The notes below the pieces were generated by a model that worked only from the letters and a program-made list of their open reading frames with translations, had not been told where the DNA came from and did not search any database. Positions 1-12,417 of a DNA stretch of 64,000 nucleotides are shown piece after piece. Within the stretch, counting starts at the first letter, position 1. Each line of letters opens with the position of its first letter. The DNA comes from Octopus vulgaris (taxonomy: Eukaryota): NCBI GenBank assembly GCA_951406725.2, contig OX597822.1, forward strand, positions 45,818,001-45,882,000, read 5' to 3'. Both the position numbers and the translations under genes were made by a program.

Positions 1-94
1 CGGTCTCTTTTGCCGAAACGTTAAGTTACGGGGGATGTAAACACACCAGCATCAGTTGTCAAGCGATGTTGGGGGACAAACACAGACATACAAA

Positions 95-152
<58 letters not shown>

Positions 153-557
153 TACGATGGGCTTCTTTCAGTTTCCGTCTACCAAACCCACTCACAAGGC
201 TTTGGTCATCCCAAGGCTATAATAGAAGACACTTGCCCAAGGTGTCACACAGTGGGACTGAACCCATAACCATGTGGTTGGTAAGCAAGCTACTTACCAC
301 ACAGCCACTCCTGCACCAATATTTACATTGTTTTGAATTCATCAAGCATTATCTTGTGGCTTTGAGATTTGAATGATGTGATTGTTTATTTTTAGAATGG
401 CATTGTAGGGTAGGTATAAAAGGTTGGACCTGGCAAGTTTGAACTTAAACAGGTAGAATATTTGGGCCAGATATGGCTGGTTTAAATGAGTTGTGTAAAT
501 ATGTTGGACTACAAGTGCTTATCTCTCTTCTCACTTTGTCTCTGTTGCACCTTACAG

Positions 558-691
558 GACCAGACATACAGCTACTTGCAAGTTGCTGAGCTTGACTATG
601 ACAACATGCAGATCCTACACAATGCCAGACTGAAGCCATCCATAGCTTTTGCACCAATGCCTGATGACATATCTGCATACAAGCTGCATAA
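558..691 (+). CDS. CHPF: CHPF-like (chondroitin polymerizing factor) internal coding exon; first exon visible in the window, 5' exons lie upstream
   Basis: Acceptor ttacag|GAC and donor CATAA|gtaagt. Encodes DQTYSYLQ...IAFAPMPDDISAYKLH(K), resembling CHPF 'TAHPV.D...MYQLHK'. Phase 2 joins the next exon in frame. Confidence 0.85.
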
Positions 692-980
692 GTAAGTCCC
701 TTCTTTTTCACTTTACTGTCATCATCATCATTATCATTTTCATTTTACATCTGTTTTCCATGCTGGCATGGGTTGGACTGGTCATCTCATGGTTGGTCAT
801 TTCTTATCGGTTTATGTGTGTCATTTGGCTTAGTTTCCATAGCTGGATACATTCCCTGTCATCAAACAGTTTCCAGAGTAAACATGGTTCATTTTGTCAT
901 GGCACCAAGTTGACTATGTCTCAGAATTAAATAGACTTGAAACAATTTCACAACTCAGTGCTTTTCTGCTTATTTGATTA

Positions 981-3120
981 CACTGGTTTACAAAAATTTG
1001 TTTTTGCTCTGAGGTAAAGATGCGAATAGGTGGGTTTTTTTTTACTAATTTTGATGTGGTGTGTTCAATTTTCTGAACAGTTTTGCTCTATCACCTCTAG
1101 ATTTTTTTTTGTTTTCACATATCTCATTTTAATTATAAATTTGCATATAAATTCAAAATATGTTTATTTCATGTTATAAAGGCATATTGCAGAAAAAAAA
1201 CAACATAGATACAGAACATTGATAGAAGTAAATTGGATAATACAAGACACACAAATCATAGTACAGCAGACAGTTGGAAGTGTTTGGGGTGGGGGGATGA
1301 TCTTGTGTACTTTGCCTCTGGGATGTCACGCAAGAGCATCCTGCAAAAGTCCCCCATCATGCTGGGGTTCCACTTGCCTCGGTAGTTGCTCTCCATTTTA
1401 GTGATATCTTAGTGAAACCTTTCTCCATGCTCATCCCTCACTGCTCCAAGCTTTGGAAGGAAGAGGTTAAGGTGGGAGTGGAGAAAGTGAATTTTGAGTG
1501 ACATTCAGCTTCTGATATCCTCATAAGACTGTAACAATTTCTTGATATACTCTTAGCAATCTAGTACCCATTTGTTACCAAGAAACCATGGCAGACTGAC
1601 TTAAATGCTTCCCATGCTCTCAGTCTCTTAAAGGTAAGAACCTCCTCAAAGTTCTTATCCTTCAGCACCTCTCTGATCTGAGGTCCAACAAAGATGCCCT
1701 CCTTGAGCTTAGCAGAACTCAAAGCTTGGAACAGAGTGTTGGAAGGCAATGCCATTTTCATCCATGGCTTTCTCGAAATTCTTCATTAAACCAAGTTTGA
1801 TATGAAGAGGAGGAAGAAGCACTTTATTCATGTCCACCAGTGGATTTTCATGGACACTGTGTTCACTAGGCATGAAAGTGCTCTTAGATTCCCTGTGCTT
1901 CTGCTTGTAGTGCTTGGACACAGCCCAACTGTCTCAGAGCTTGCATACCAATAAGGAGCCCAATGACCTCAAGTCCCCACAAACTCCACTGGTGCTGGTT
2001 GTATTTGACAGCTTCCAAGAGGAGCTCAATATTGTCATACGATTCCTTTAGATGGACTGAGTAGACAATGGGAATGCTGGGGTATTTATGTCCATTGTGC
2101 AAAAGCACAGCCTTCAGACTTCACTTGGAAGAGACTGAAAAGAAGCCAGTCTGAGGAATTGTGTGGGAAACCAAGGAATGTGGACTAGCCAGAGACTTTT
2201 GTGCAGTAGCACAACCTGTTTTCCATGTCAAAGAATGAAGCAAAGTCCTGGTTCCATGTCCTGAAACTGGTGATCCTCACATCTGCCTTGACTAGGTTCC
2301 ACTGCTTAAGCCGGGATGCCAGGAGCTCTGACTACTGCTTAGATAGATACAAATCACGGGCATAGTCATTCAGGTTTTCCTGTGTGATCCAGTGGGGCTC
2401 ATTGCCACTTGCTTCTAAATAAACAGAGACATTGTCTTTAGAAGAGATCTGCTTGGCAGAATCTTCTGCTGAAGGCATTTCTTTATTTGATGAAGGAAGA
2501 AGATCCTTATTTGCTGGGGGTGTAGGGACAGGGAGATCATCAGAGTGGGGAGCAGGTCTTATAGCTGAGGGAAGGTTAGGATATTTGATCTTTTTCTAGA
2601 TGAAGTATTGAAACCTGTTATATTTGTTAGGCAAAAATAACAATCATCCTCATGGCTTCATGGCTCTCTCCAGACCATCGGGACAGCAAAGTTGAAAGCT
2701 GCTTTCTTGCCGTTAAACCATGCAGATAGTCCATTGTAGCAGGGTTTACAACAGATGTGTGGAGCCCAGGACTTGTTCTGATCTCCAATTTTACAGTCAA
2801 AATAATGAAAGAAAGCGTTTCTCAAGAGGGAAGTAATTGTTCTGTGCTGTGCAACTGTTGTGAAATTCCCACACACACAGCAGAATGAATTTGCCTTGTT
2901 GATGCATCCTCGGTGTTTTGAAGTGCTTGAAGCCATTGTAGAGATATGTATTATATGTATCACAAAAATCTGGAAAACAAAATAAAGATTGATCATGTAT
3001 ATGGTTACGTGAATGGTCACAAAATCATAATAATGTATATCTCAAAAACTAGAGGTGATGAGTGAAAATTGGTTTTGTATATGAAATCAGCACCCAAAAT
3101 TAGGCTAGAACAACTATTTT
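981..3120 (-). mobile_element. Decayed CMC/Chapaev3-like DNA transposon with a frameshifted transposase
   Basis: Minus-strand ORF pieces: C...SFC.VCG...YF.CKIGDQNKSWAPHICC...AVPMVWREP, VLLHNG.KYPSIP, LLPPLHIKLGLMKNF, KLKEGIFVGPQIR. Imperfect subterminal inverted repeat (ctatcacctctag about 1087 / ctagaggtgat about 3049). Left end CACTG at 981. Family assignment is from recall. Confidence 0.7.
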
Positions 3121-3155
3121 TTTAATAATTATTGTTATTATTATTATTATTATTA

Positions 3156-3186
<31 letters not shown>

Positions 3187-3187
3187 A

Positions 3188-5177
3188 CTGGAATTTCTTG
3201 AATCTTGTCAAGCAGGCATTAGAGAAAGCCTTAAAACAAGTGGAAAGAAATCCTGGAACAACCTCACAAATTCCCAACGTTACGCACTCCAACGTCTAGC
3301 TAATAACAATTCTATTGTTATTAAGATGGCGGATAAGAGAGGCGCTATCGTAATTATGGACAAAAGTGAGTATATTTCGGCTTGTGAAGAAGTTTTACAT
3401 GACAAAACTTCATATGAAGAATTACCTGTCGATCCAAAACCCAATTACAGAGAGGAGCTTGACAAAATAATTCTGGAAATGGAGGAAAACAATTTCGTTA
3501 ATAAGGCTGAATCTAAGATTTTAAGGTCAAAAAGAACACCTGTATTTTATGGTCTCCCTAAAATACACAAAAAGTTCGAAAGATTTCCTCCAATGCGCCC
3601 AATTTGCAGCAGATATGAATGTTACACAGCCAAAATTTCGGAATGGCTGGATGGCTTTCTACTCCCCGGTGCAAAACAATCAAGTTCCTATATTCAGGAT
3701 ACCTTTGATTTTGTATCTAAAATCAACTACTTTTTCAAGCACCGAGGCCATATTGAAAACTGTTTTTTTGGTAACCATGGATGTTTCTTCCTTATATCCC
3801 AATATTGACCACAATGAAGGGGTAGAAGCATGCATGGATGCCTTCGAAAAGCAGTCAAACAAAAGTGTTCCATCAAATTTTTTCTGTAGATTATTGAGGT
3901 TTGTGTTAGAAAGTAACACAATAAAGTTTAGACAAAGATTTTACAACCAGACCAAGGGTTGCGCCATGGGTACCCCCATGGCAGTTAATTTCGCTAATGT
4001 CTTCATGATGAAATTCGAGACACAGTTACTGAAGACATTCAAATCCCTTCATGGTCATGAATCAATACTCTGGTTACAGTTCATTGACGATGTATTTTTT
4101 GTCTGTAATGGACTTCTTGCATTTCTGTGACTGTTATGCTAGAAACTATGGCTTTAAATCCAACATAAAATTTACGTCTAGTTTTTCAAAAACTAGCGTT
4201 GAATTTTTGGACACAAAAGTCAAGTTTTCTGGAGGCAGAATAACAACAGAATTATTTTGTAAGCCCATGTCATCCCACATTTATCCCCAACACCGCTCCG
4301 ATCATCCACATCATCTTATTTGGTCAAATCCGAAATCCCAATTTATGAGGATAAAACGCATTTGTACTGACATAGGGGATTACTGGAAACATGCAAATGC
4401 TTTTGTATGTCATTATGTCAAACGCGGTTACAGTGAATCACGATTAAAGGAAATAGCAAATGAAATAGCTAAGATTGGCAAAGATGGTCAAACCTATATG
4501 CATAATTTTAGCAAACACAATACAATAGATGACAGAATTTCTTTAGTGATTAACTGGCACCAACATTTCGCTCGCATTTCAAAAGTTTTGCATGAAAGTT
4601 ACCAGCATGTGGCGAAAAAATATCCTTGCTTCAAACAGATGTTTCCTCAGCTGCCTATTGTAGCCTTTAGACGGAATAAGAATATAAGAGAAATATTGAC
4701 CTCTATATCTGACTCCAAGAAAACAAACATTGGAGTATCTACATGCTGTACCTTAAAGAACAGCCGCAAGAGAGGTAAGCCCTGTTCATTGTGCAACAAC
4801 ATGAGTGAAGTGAATTCCATCAGAAATCATAACAGAAATGTTATGATTTATACAGAAGGTGGAACACGTAAAGATTCCCATTTGGTGTACGCTGCAGAAT
4901 GCACAAAACACAACTTAATTTAATTTGGTTGCACAACGGAACAATTAAACAAAAAGTTTAATGGGCACAGATTCGACATTAGGCACAATAACAGTAGTTC
5001 GACAGAACTTGCTGAACATTTCGTTTCAAGCTGCTGCAATTTTGAAGAAGACTTGAAAGTGCATATTCTCAGAAAATATTCTGAATCTACTTTGCTTTCA
5101 CTTCTCAGAATGTATGAGGAGAAATATGTTTTCAGGTTATTAACATCATGCCCTGGAGGAATGAATAAGATGACAGA
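3188..5177 (+). mobile_element. Penelope-like retroelement (RT + GIY-YIG endonuclease), 5'-truncated and frameshifted
   Basis: ADKRGAIVIMD, FYGLPKIHK, RPICS, MDVSSLYPNI, GCAMGTPMA, FIDD, FLDTKV, PKSQFMRIKRIC, and the GIY-YIG region LVYAAEC...*FGCT...H. Begins right after an (ATT)n tract. Confidence 0.9.
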
Positions 5178-5823
5178 TACACAAGTTTGCAACAGTGAAT
5201 GATTTGGGAACCACTGACACTCCTATTTATCCTTGCTGTACTCTTGAGATTGCACAATACAATATTTCCCCTCTCAAGAAAACTGGCAGTGACCTGAATA
5301 ATAATAATGTCAAGACAGGTGTGTAAAGGAAACCTGTTCAAGGATGGGCACGTCTGTCGGGACAAGCCAGGCTAGCTGTGTCACACTGGGACAAGTCAGG
5401 CTGGCTGTGGCAAGCTTGCAGTATCATTTACATCATCATCATTTAACGTCCACTCTCCATGCCAGCATGGGTTGGATGGTTTGACATGGAGCTAATGAGC
5501 AGGGAACTGTCTAGTCTCCAACTGTCTGTTGTGGCATGGTTTCTATGGCTGGATGCCTTTCCTTAATGCCAACCACTTTACAGAGTGTACCAGGTGTGCT
5601 TATGAAGCACCAGCACAGATGCTTTTTAAGTGACACTAGCACCTGAAATGACAATCCTGTATATGTGGAAGATAATGATTTTACTTAGGTTGATGTGTCT
5701 TACCAAGTACAGCAAATTGCCACATCTCTTGGTCCTTTGCCGTTTCTTCTGTGGGCCCCAGTGTCCAAAGGTATTTTCTCACCATTTCGCTCTGTCATCT
5801 TGGGTCTGCTTATGTTTGGCTTG

Positions 5824-5849
<26 letters not shown>

Positions 5850-5855
<6 letters not shown>

Positions 5856-6103
5856 TGCTTTGGCAGACTGGTATCTATAATTTTTGTTGTGATTTCTAAC
5901 ACTGTAAACTACAATTGTTGTTGTTCAGTTCTATATTTAAGAGATGAGGAATTATGTACATTATTTACATTTGACAGATATTTGTCCTCATTTTGTTTGT
6001 TGTTAACAATGTTTCGGCTGATATACCCTCCAGCCTTCATCAGGTGTCTTGGGGAAATTTCAAACCTGGGTTCTCATTCCTAAGGTATTTTTCAATGTTG
6101 TTG

Positions 6104-6144
<41 letters not shown>

Positions 6145-6204
6145 CTCACTGCTTGGAATCTTGGGGTTAGTAGCCCATGCTCTTAACCACTATGCCATAT
6201 GCCC
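5850..6204 (-). mobile_element. tRNA-headed SINE-like element carrying a hammerhead motif
   Basis: Minus strand begins GGGCATATGGCATAGTGGTTAAGAGC (Pol III A-box TGGCATAGTGG), then an (AAT)n tract, then the HHR core at 6003-6048. The left boundary is approximate. Confidence 0.6.
6003..6048 (-). ncRNA. Minimal hammerhead ribozyme motif (partly decayed)
   Basis: Minus strand: gacac CTGATGA A GGCTG-gagggtatat-CAGCC GAAA CA TT gttaa. Core and 5-bp stem II are intact; stems I and III are weakened. Confidence 0.6.
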
Positions 6205-6286
6205 ACAAGCTTTGTTTCTCTTTCTTCTTTGTTGTTGTTGTTGTTGTTGTTAATCCCAAACTACTTATTTTTGTCATTGCTGTCAG

Positions 6287-6405
6287 GTACTTCTGCCAAA
6301 TGGACTTAAATACCACTCTGCAAGAGATCGAACAAACAAAAGAGGAGATACTTTATCTCAGTCAGTTTGCCCCCGGTGGTAAAAGTAGTCTATCATGGCC
6401 AATCG
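6287..6405 (+). CDS. CHPF: CHPF-like internal coding exon
   Basis: tgtcag|G...ATCG|gtaagt. Encodes YFCQMDLNTTLQEIEQTKEEILYLSQFAPGGKSSLSWPI(G), matching CHPF 'ELERTYQEIQELQ.EI...WPVG'. Phases are consistent on both sides. Confidence 0.9.
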
Positions 6406-6855
6406 GTAAGTGTCTCGTTGTGGTCTTCATTCACCAACTCCAACAAATGGGGGTAGGGGTGCTCATTCTCTAACATTCCATTAAACCGATCCCTTGCACT
6501 TTTCGCTGTGTTACACATCATTGTCTAAGGGTGTTATAGTGCACTTCATTACAGGAACTTGTTCACCCCAGCACATTCCACCATGCAGCACCTTCAGAAC
6601 AATCCCCCACACTCCACACCTCGTCTTATATCATACTGCAGCTCTGATCTACCATACTGTATTACACAGTATTTCATTGCACCTTCAATGTTGTATGTCC
6701 ATTGTGTGGTCATTTTCATATTGCTCCTGTCCACTCTACTCACAAAGGTAGGTAATCCTATGATGGACTGTCATCCCATTCAGGGAGGAATACACACACA
6801 TCACAAAAACCAGATTGTATTGCAGTCTACACCTCATGTTCAAAGCCCTGCACCA

Positions 6856-7167
6856 CAGTGGTTCCTAAATTTGTTCTACTCACAGCATACTTGAAAATAA
6901 ATATATCTATTTTGGTGATCTTTATACACGAAGTTGAAAAAACATTAAAAAAATTTATTTTTAAATGTATTTTACCTGCAATTATAAATAATTTTCGTTT
7001 ACAAATTATTATTTTGTACTTTACATTGTTTTTAATAATTAAAACATTCATTAAGACTTTTGAAATTTGCTTTTTGTTTTTAAGCATAAATTTATTACTT
7101 TTACCTCTCACTTAGCCATATCTTGCAGTACACAAGTTTGCAACAGTGAATGATTTGGGAACCACTG
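6856..7167. mobile_element. hAT-type MITE
   Basis: Terminal inverted repeats cagtggttcctaaa / tttgggaaccactg around an AT-rich interior. No clear TSD. Confidence 0.6.
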
Positions 7168-9837
7168 ACACTCCCATTTATCCTTGCTGTACTCTTGAGA
7201 TTGCACAATACAATATTTCCCCTCTCAAGAAAACAGTTTCATCCCACTTCTCCACACTGTGGCCTTAGAATACACACACTTCTCCAAAGTGCTACCCTTC
7301 ATCCATTACCGTGCATACATGTTAACACATTCTTAACAGAGTCTGTCATGCTGTGTCTTATATTGTTTAACAAATGTCTGCTAATGTCATAAGTTTATCA
7401 TTAACATCGGCCTGCCTGTAACATGCAGCTGCTTGTGGTAAAAGTTTACTTATGATATGTATCTACCTATGACACAGGTAGGCTTATGATATATCTATTT
7501 ATGACATATGTCTGTTTGTCTGCCTCTGACAGAAGTATGTTTGACAAAGTATGTGCGTAACATAGATCTGACTGTGACATGTCCGGTTATGACATAAGCA
7601 TGATCGTAGCTGTAGCACCAATGTCACTTCAGTGTATACTAAGTAGGGACAACCTTTTGTAGATGTAGTGTCACAAACTGGCACTCCATTAGTTCTAATG
7701 GTTCCAGTTGATCCAACCAGCAGAACAGCCTGCTCATGAATTTAATGTGCAAGTGGCTGAGCACTCCACAGACACATGTACCCTTAATGCATTTCTCAGG
7801 GAGATTCAACGGGACACAGAATGTGACGAGGCTGGTCCTTTGGATTACAGGTACATTTAATTATTGAACCTGAGTGAACAGGAGCAATGTGAAATAAAGT
7901 GTCTTGCTCAAGGACACATGTTGGAATTGAACTTACAACCTTATGACTGTGAACTGAACAGCCTAACCACTAAGCCATGTGCCTTCACCCAAATGTGACA
8001 AACTGTTCCTTGTATATCAGACCACACCACTGAAATAATAATTTGACAAAGTACATTGTTTTAGTGGAGGTTACGTGATGTAATACATTGTTGATAATCT
8101 AGACCAGGGCTGGCCAACCTGAGGCTTACAGCCCGCAGACTTTTATCTTGTGGCCTGCTTGATGCTTTCTTGAAATGGGTTTATTTAAACAAATATTTTT
8201 TTAATTTTATCAAAAATTAAAGATTGTAATGAAAAATAAAAAAGAAAGATACTACTGTTTTTGCAACGATAATATTTCATGTTGAATCAACGATCCTTCA
8301 TTCATTATTGCAATAATCGCATGAGAAAGCAAAATGCTTTCAATTCTGTCAGTATACAAATGGCCTTCAAAAAACTTAGCCTGCAATGTAATTCAAGATA
8401 GCCAGGCCTGATTGTGACACTCGTCAAGTTACACCAAACTTGGATAGAGAGAAAATGTAACTGAACAACAGAGGAGAAAGAAGCTGGTTGGTTTGACCTG
8501 AAAAAGTTGGACCTAAATATTATCTTTTCCCTCTTACTTGTTTCAATCATTGGACTACAACCATGCTTGAGCATCACTTTAACCGTTTAGCATTTGAACC
8601 AACCAGATCCAGCCTCTCACACCTACCCTACAATGTCATTGTAGAAAGAGACAATGGCATCATTGATATTTCCACATGATTAATTCCAAACAATGAGAAT
8701 GAATAAGAATTACATTTGACAGAGTGATCTGAATGCTGAAGGGTTAAAAGATATTAGTCAAACAAATCGGCCCCAATTCTTAATTTAAGTCTGCTTTTTA
8801 CTCAGTCCCTTTTGCTGAACCACAAAGTTACAAGGACATAAACAAACCAACACTGGTTGTCAATCAGTGGTTGGGACAAGACACACATACACACACACAC
8901 ACACACACATGCGCGTGCGACAGACTTCCACACAGTTTCCGTCTACCAAATTCACTCACAAGGCATCGGTTGGCCCAGGCCTATAGTAGAAGACATTTGC
9001 CAAAGGTGCTGCTTAATGGGATTAAACCCCAAACTACATACTGATAGGAAAGCACCATGTGGCCCCACATGAAGCAGGTTGTCCAAGCACCATGTAGACA
9101 GTAAGACTGTTAGACCAATGTAAATTACTTTTTCACCAAAACCCCTTCGACAATGTAGTCTCTCCCTATGTCTGTACCTGTGAGTGTATGTAACAGAGAG
9201 AAGGAAGGAGAATATTGTCTATTACAAAATACATTTACTAACCATACTAATTATGAATGTCTTAATTTATTTCACCTGCTCAATCAGGATGTACACACAT
9301 GTAAGTCATACCTTTCTTTATAATTTGTGTCACCTTCATTATATTAATTTTCAGTTGTTGTTGTTGGGCAATTGAGGTATGGGTGAGAAAGAACTGGGAT
9401 GGTTTCTTTGCTTCTGTCTTGAGGTATGTCAGTGTGTGTAAAATTTTATCCTTGATTACCCTTAGTCTTATCCGGTTTCTATAGTTGTCACATGCTCTTC
9501 TCTCAAACACATTCTTCTTTCATTATAGTCATGGCCTCACACATTTCCCATCTCATTCTCTCTTACACTCTTGCAATCTCTACCACTCACCCCACACTCC
9601 CTATCCTTCTGTCTCCCACTCACTTGTCTCAACTTGTACATTGAGGTAATACCTGCAATTCAAAAGGCCAGCCTTGTCACATTCTGTGTTGTGCTAAATC
9701 TTCCTGAAAACTATGTTAAGGACACACACGTCTGTGGGGTGCTCAGCAACTGATACATAAATTTCGCAAGTCGGTAGTTCCATTGATTGGATCAACTGGA
9801 ACCCTCATCATCATAACCAAATAACCAACAGAGTGCC

Positions 9838-9894
<57 letters not shown>

Positions 9895-9898
<4 letters not shown>

Positions 9899-10256
9899 TG
9901 GCGCATATTTGCCATTTGAATATGGCTCACCCATAAGGGTGGATGCTACTGTAGTTTGTAGCCCCAGGAAGATATCTCCTCCAGCTGGCTATAGACAAAC
10001 TATCTGTGTCCTCTCAGTATTTGTGAAGGGAGTCATCCTCCCCGTCTTCAACACATGATACACACGTACCCGAGTTTCAAGGTGTTTACCTTTCATCAGC
10101 GTGTGACAATCATGGTTGTCGACGAGAAGTTAGATCCCTTCACAAATACATATACTTTTTCCAGTGTCGATTGACACTGATATTGAAAAAGTGAAATCAA
10201 ACAATGATTCACCCTTATGGGTGAGCCATATTCAAATGGCAAATATGCGTCATGAT
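9895..10256. mobile_element. Fold-back element with a perfect 40-bp inverted repeat enclosing a hammerhead motif
   Basis: 9902-9941 is the exact reverse complement of 10210-10249. (TA)n tracts lie on both sides. Confidence 0.8.
10061..10105 (-). ncRNA. Minimal type I hammerhead ribozyme
   Basis: Minus strand: CACACG CTGATGA AAGGT-aaac-ACCTT GAAA CTCGGG TA CGTGTG. 6-bp stem I, full core, 5-bp stem II, near-palindromic stem III, GUA cleavage triplet. Confidence 0.85.
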
Positions 10257-10296
10257 GTGTTACCGCTACTGTTTATAACTCGCTCTGAGATTTATC

Positions 10297-10338
<42 letters not shown>

Positions 10339-10383
10339 TAAATAACAGTTGGAGCGTGGATTTACTTCAGCATTTAAATTTAA

Positions 10384-10434
10384 TTTGTCAAAATATTTTC
10401 GGCGCTTTGACATCGCGACCTATTCACTGACAAA
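10384..10434 (-). ncRNA. Hammerhead-like motif, G3 core variant (decayed copy)
   Basis: Minus strand: tttgtca GTGAATA G gtcgc-gatgtcaaa-gcgcc GAAA ATAT TT tgacaaa. Confidence 0.45.
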
Positions 10435-10450
10435 ATTCCGTGCTGCATGG

Positions 10451-10505
10451 AATTTGTCAGTGAACAGGTTGCAGTCTCAAAACAACGAAAATATTTTGGC
10501 AAATT
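10451..10505 (+). ncRNA. Hammerhead-like motif with a G3-C8 swapped core
   Basis: aatttgtca GTGAACA G GTTG-cagtctcaaaa-CAAC GAAA ATAT TT tggcaaatt. 9-bp stem I, 4-bp stem II, palindromic AATATT stem III. Confidence 0.55.
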
Positions 10506-11189
10506 AAATTTTATACATTTTTATTATTTTTTTGCAATTTACTTAATCATTGGTATTTTATTGTTATTTTAATTTTAATATTTCTATTATATGTAATTCT
10601 CTAGATGGTGTAATTTAATTGTTCGTTTTGAATTGATAAAAGGTGGAGTTTTTTTCTAATTTTATATATATATATATATATCTTGTTAAGGTTATCTCTA
10701 CAGAATTTCTATAGAAATGATAGCCACCACTGATTTTGTTATGACGTTTCATATCTACGATGCCTGATGTAAACAACAATAAGATTAAAGATGAGAAATG
10801 GGTAATAGCCATATATGACATACCTCATGAGTGATACAATAACACTGCTAACACAGTAGAACATGGTATTGACTTATAAAAACTTTTTATATACTTTATA
10901 GTATATTATGCTTGCATAATGAAACACCGTGTCCCTACAAGTCATCATCATTCAACGGCCATTGTCCATGCTGGCATGGGTTGGACATTTTGGCCCGGGC
11001 TGGAAGGCTACACCAGACTCCAGTCTGATTTGGCATGGTTTTCTATGGTTGGATGCTCTTCCTAATGCCAACTACTCTGAGAGTGTAATGGGTGCCATTT
11101 TCATGACACCAGTATCTGTCATGACTACGATTTTTCTTTGCTTGATGTGTCTTCTTCTCAAGCACAATGTAATGCCAAAGGTCTTGGTC

Positions 11190-11372
11190 ATTGTCTCTGT
11201 GAGGCCCAACACTTGAAAAGAACTCAGCCACTTTGCCTCCGTGAGGCCCAACTCTCAAAAGGAACTCAGCCATTTTGCCTCCATGAAGCCCAACACTTGA
11301 AAGGAACTCATCTGCTTTGCCTCTGTGTGGCCCAACACTTGAAAGGAACTCAGCCTCTTTGCCTCCATGAGG
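11190..11372. repeat. About 39-bp tandem repeat (about 4.5 copies) in the 3' region of an RTE-like LINE remnant (about 10945-11640, minus strand)
   Basis: Unit ~ttgcctcYgtgaggcccaacacttgaaaggaactcagcc. The adjacent minus-strand ORF piece VEGTCDRGRPRKTWEEVVKHDL is an RTE C-terminus. Confidence 0.75.
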
Positions 11373-11656
11373 CACAATGCTCCAACGGTGCTCTTTGCAT
11401 GCCTCCAGCATGAGTGCCAATTGTGTAACACTAACATCAGCCATGACTACAATTTCACTTTGCTTGACGAGTCTTCTGAAGCACAGCATATTGCCAAAGA
11501 TCTCAGTCACTAGTCATTGCCTCTGTGAGGCTCAAAGTGCAAAGATCATGCTTCACCACTTCCTCCCAAGTCTTCCTGGGTCTGCCTCTATCACAGGTTC
11601 CCTCCACAGTTAGAGATTGGCATTCATCCATCTCTTGCGCACTACATCTGATGTCA

Positions 11657-11751
<95 letters not shown>

Positions 11752-12199
11752 TAGCCACTTTAACATGGCTATCCATTCAAATAACCTTTACTAAAAAATT
11801 TTAACCCCAAAAGGACATCTCCAGCTGGTTAACAATGCACAGCTGCATCCAATATATTGTGAGTAGGGGAATGAACCCCTACCACCTTTTAGGGACGGGA
11901 CCTGCAGACCAGCCTGGTTTAGAGCTATTTCTGCCTCTCTTCAGTACTGGACACCTTGTCTGCTAGAGATAACAGCAGCTCACTTCTGCTTGCAATATAT
12001 ATAATTTCAAGCAAATACAGTCGCTAATTTTGCAACAAGCAAAAAGGCTAGTTCTAAAATCACTCTAAGAGACCAACCCAGAGACTTTACTCTTCAAAGG
12101 GACTTTACTGAACACACATATACATACCCTCTTACTCACGTACACGCCCATATTATATATAACACAATTCATACATACACATACATACCAAACTTAGTA

Positions 12200-12417
12200 C
12201 AGTAATCCCTCGACTATCACGGGTGTTACATTCCATAAATCCCTGCAATAGGTAAAAATCTGAGTAGAAACAGTACTATACTGTATATTTTTTTTTCTAT
12301 TTTTATGATTTGTACATATTTATTTTATTATAAATGCAAAGCAGCACCATGGAGCATCGACATATAATAATATAATAAACCGCAACAGGTGAATCGTGAT
12401 ACAGTGAGGGATGGCTG
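12200..12417. mobile_element. Tc1/mariner-pogo-type MITE; a partial second copy lies at about 12997-13130
   Basis: TA|cagtaatccctcg ... gagggatggctg|TA, i.e. imperfect TIR plus TA TSD. Confidence 0.7.

Noticed and set aside
11190-11372. Regularly spaced repeats resembling a CRISPR array (also 34480-34790)
   Set aside because: Contiguous tandem units without unique spacers, in LINE 3' UTRs, in eukaryotic DNA with no cas genes.
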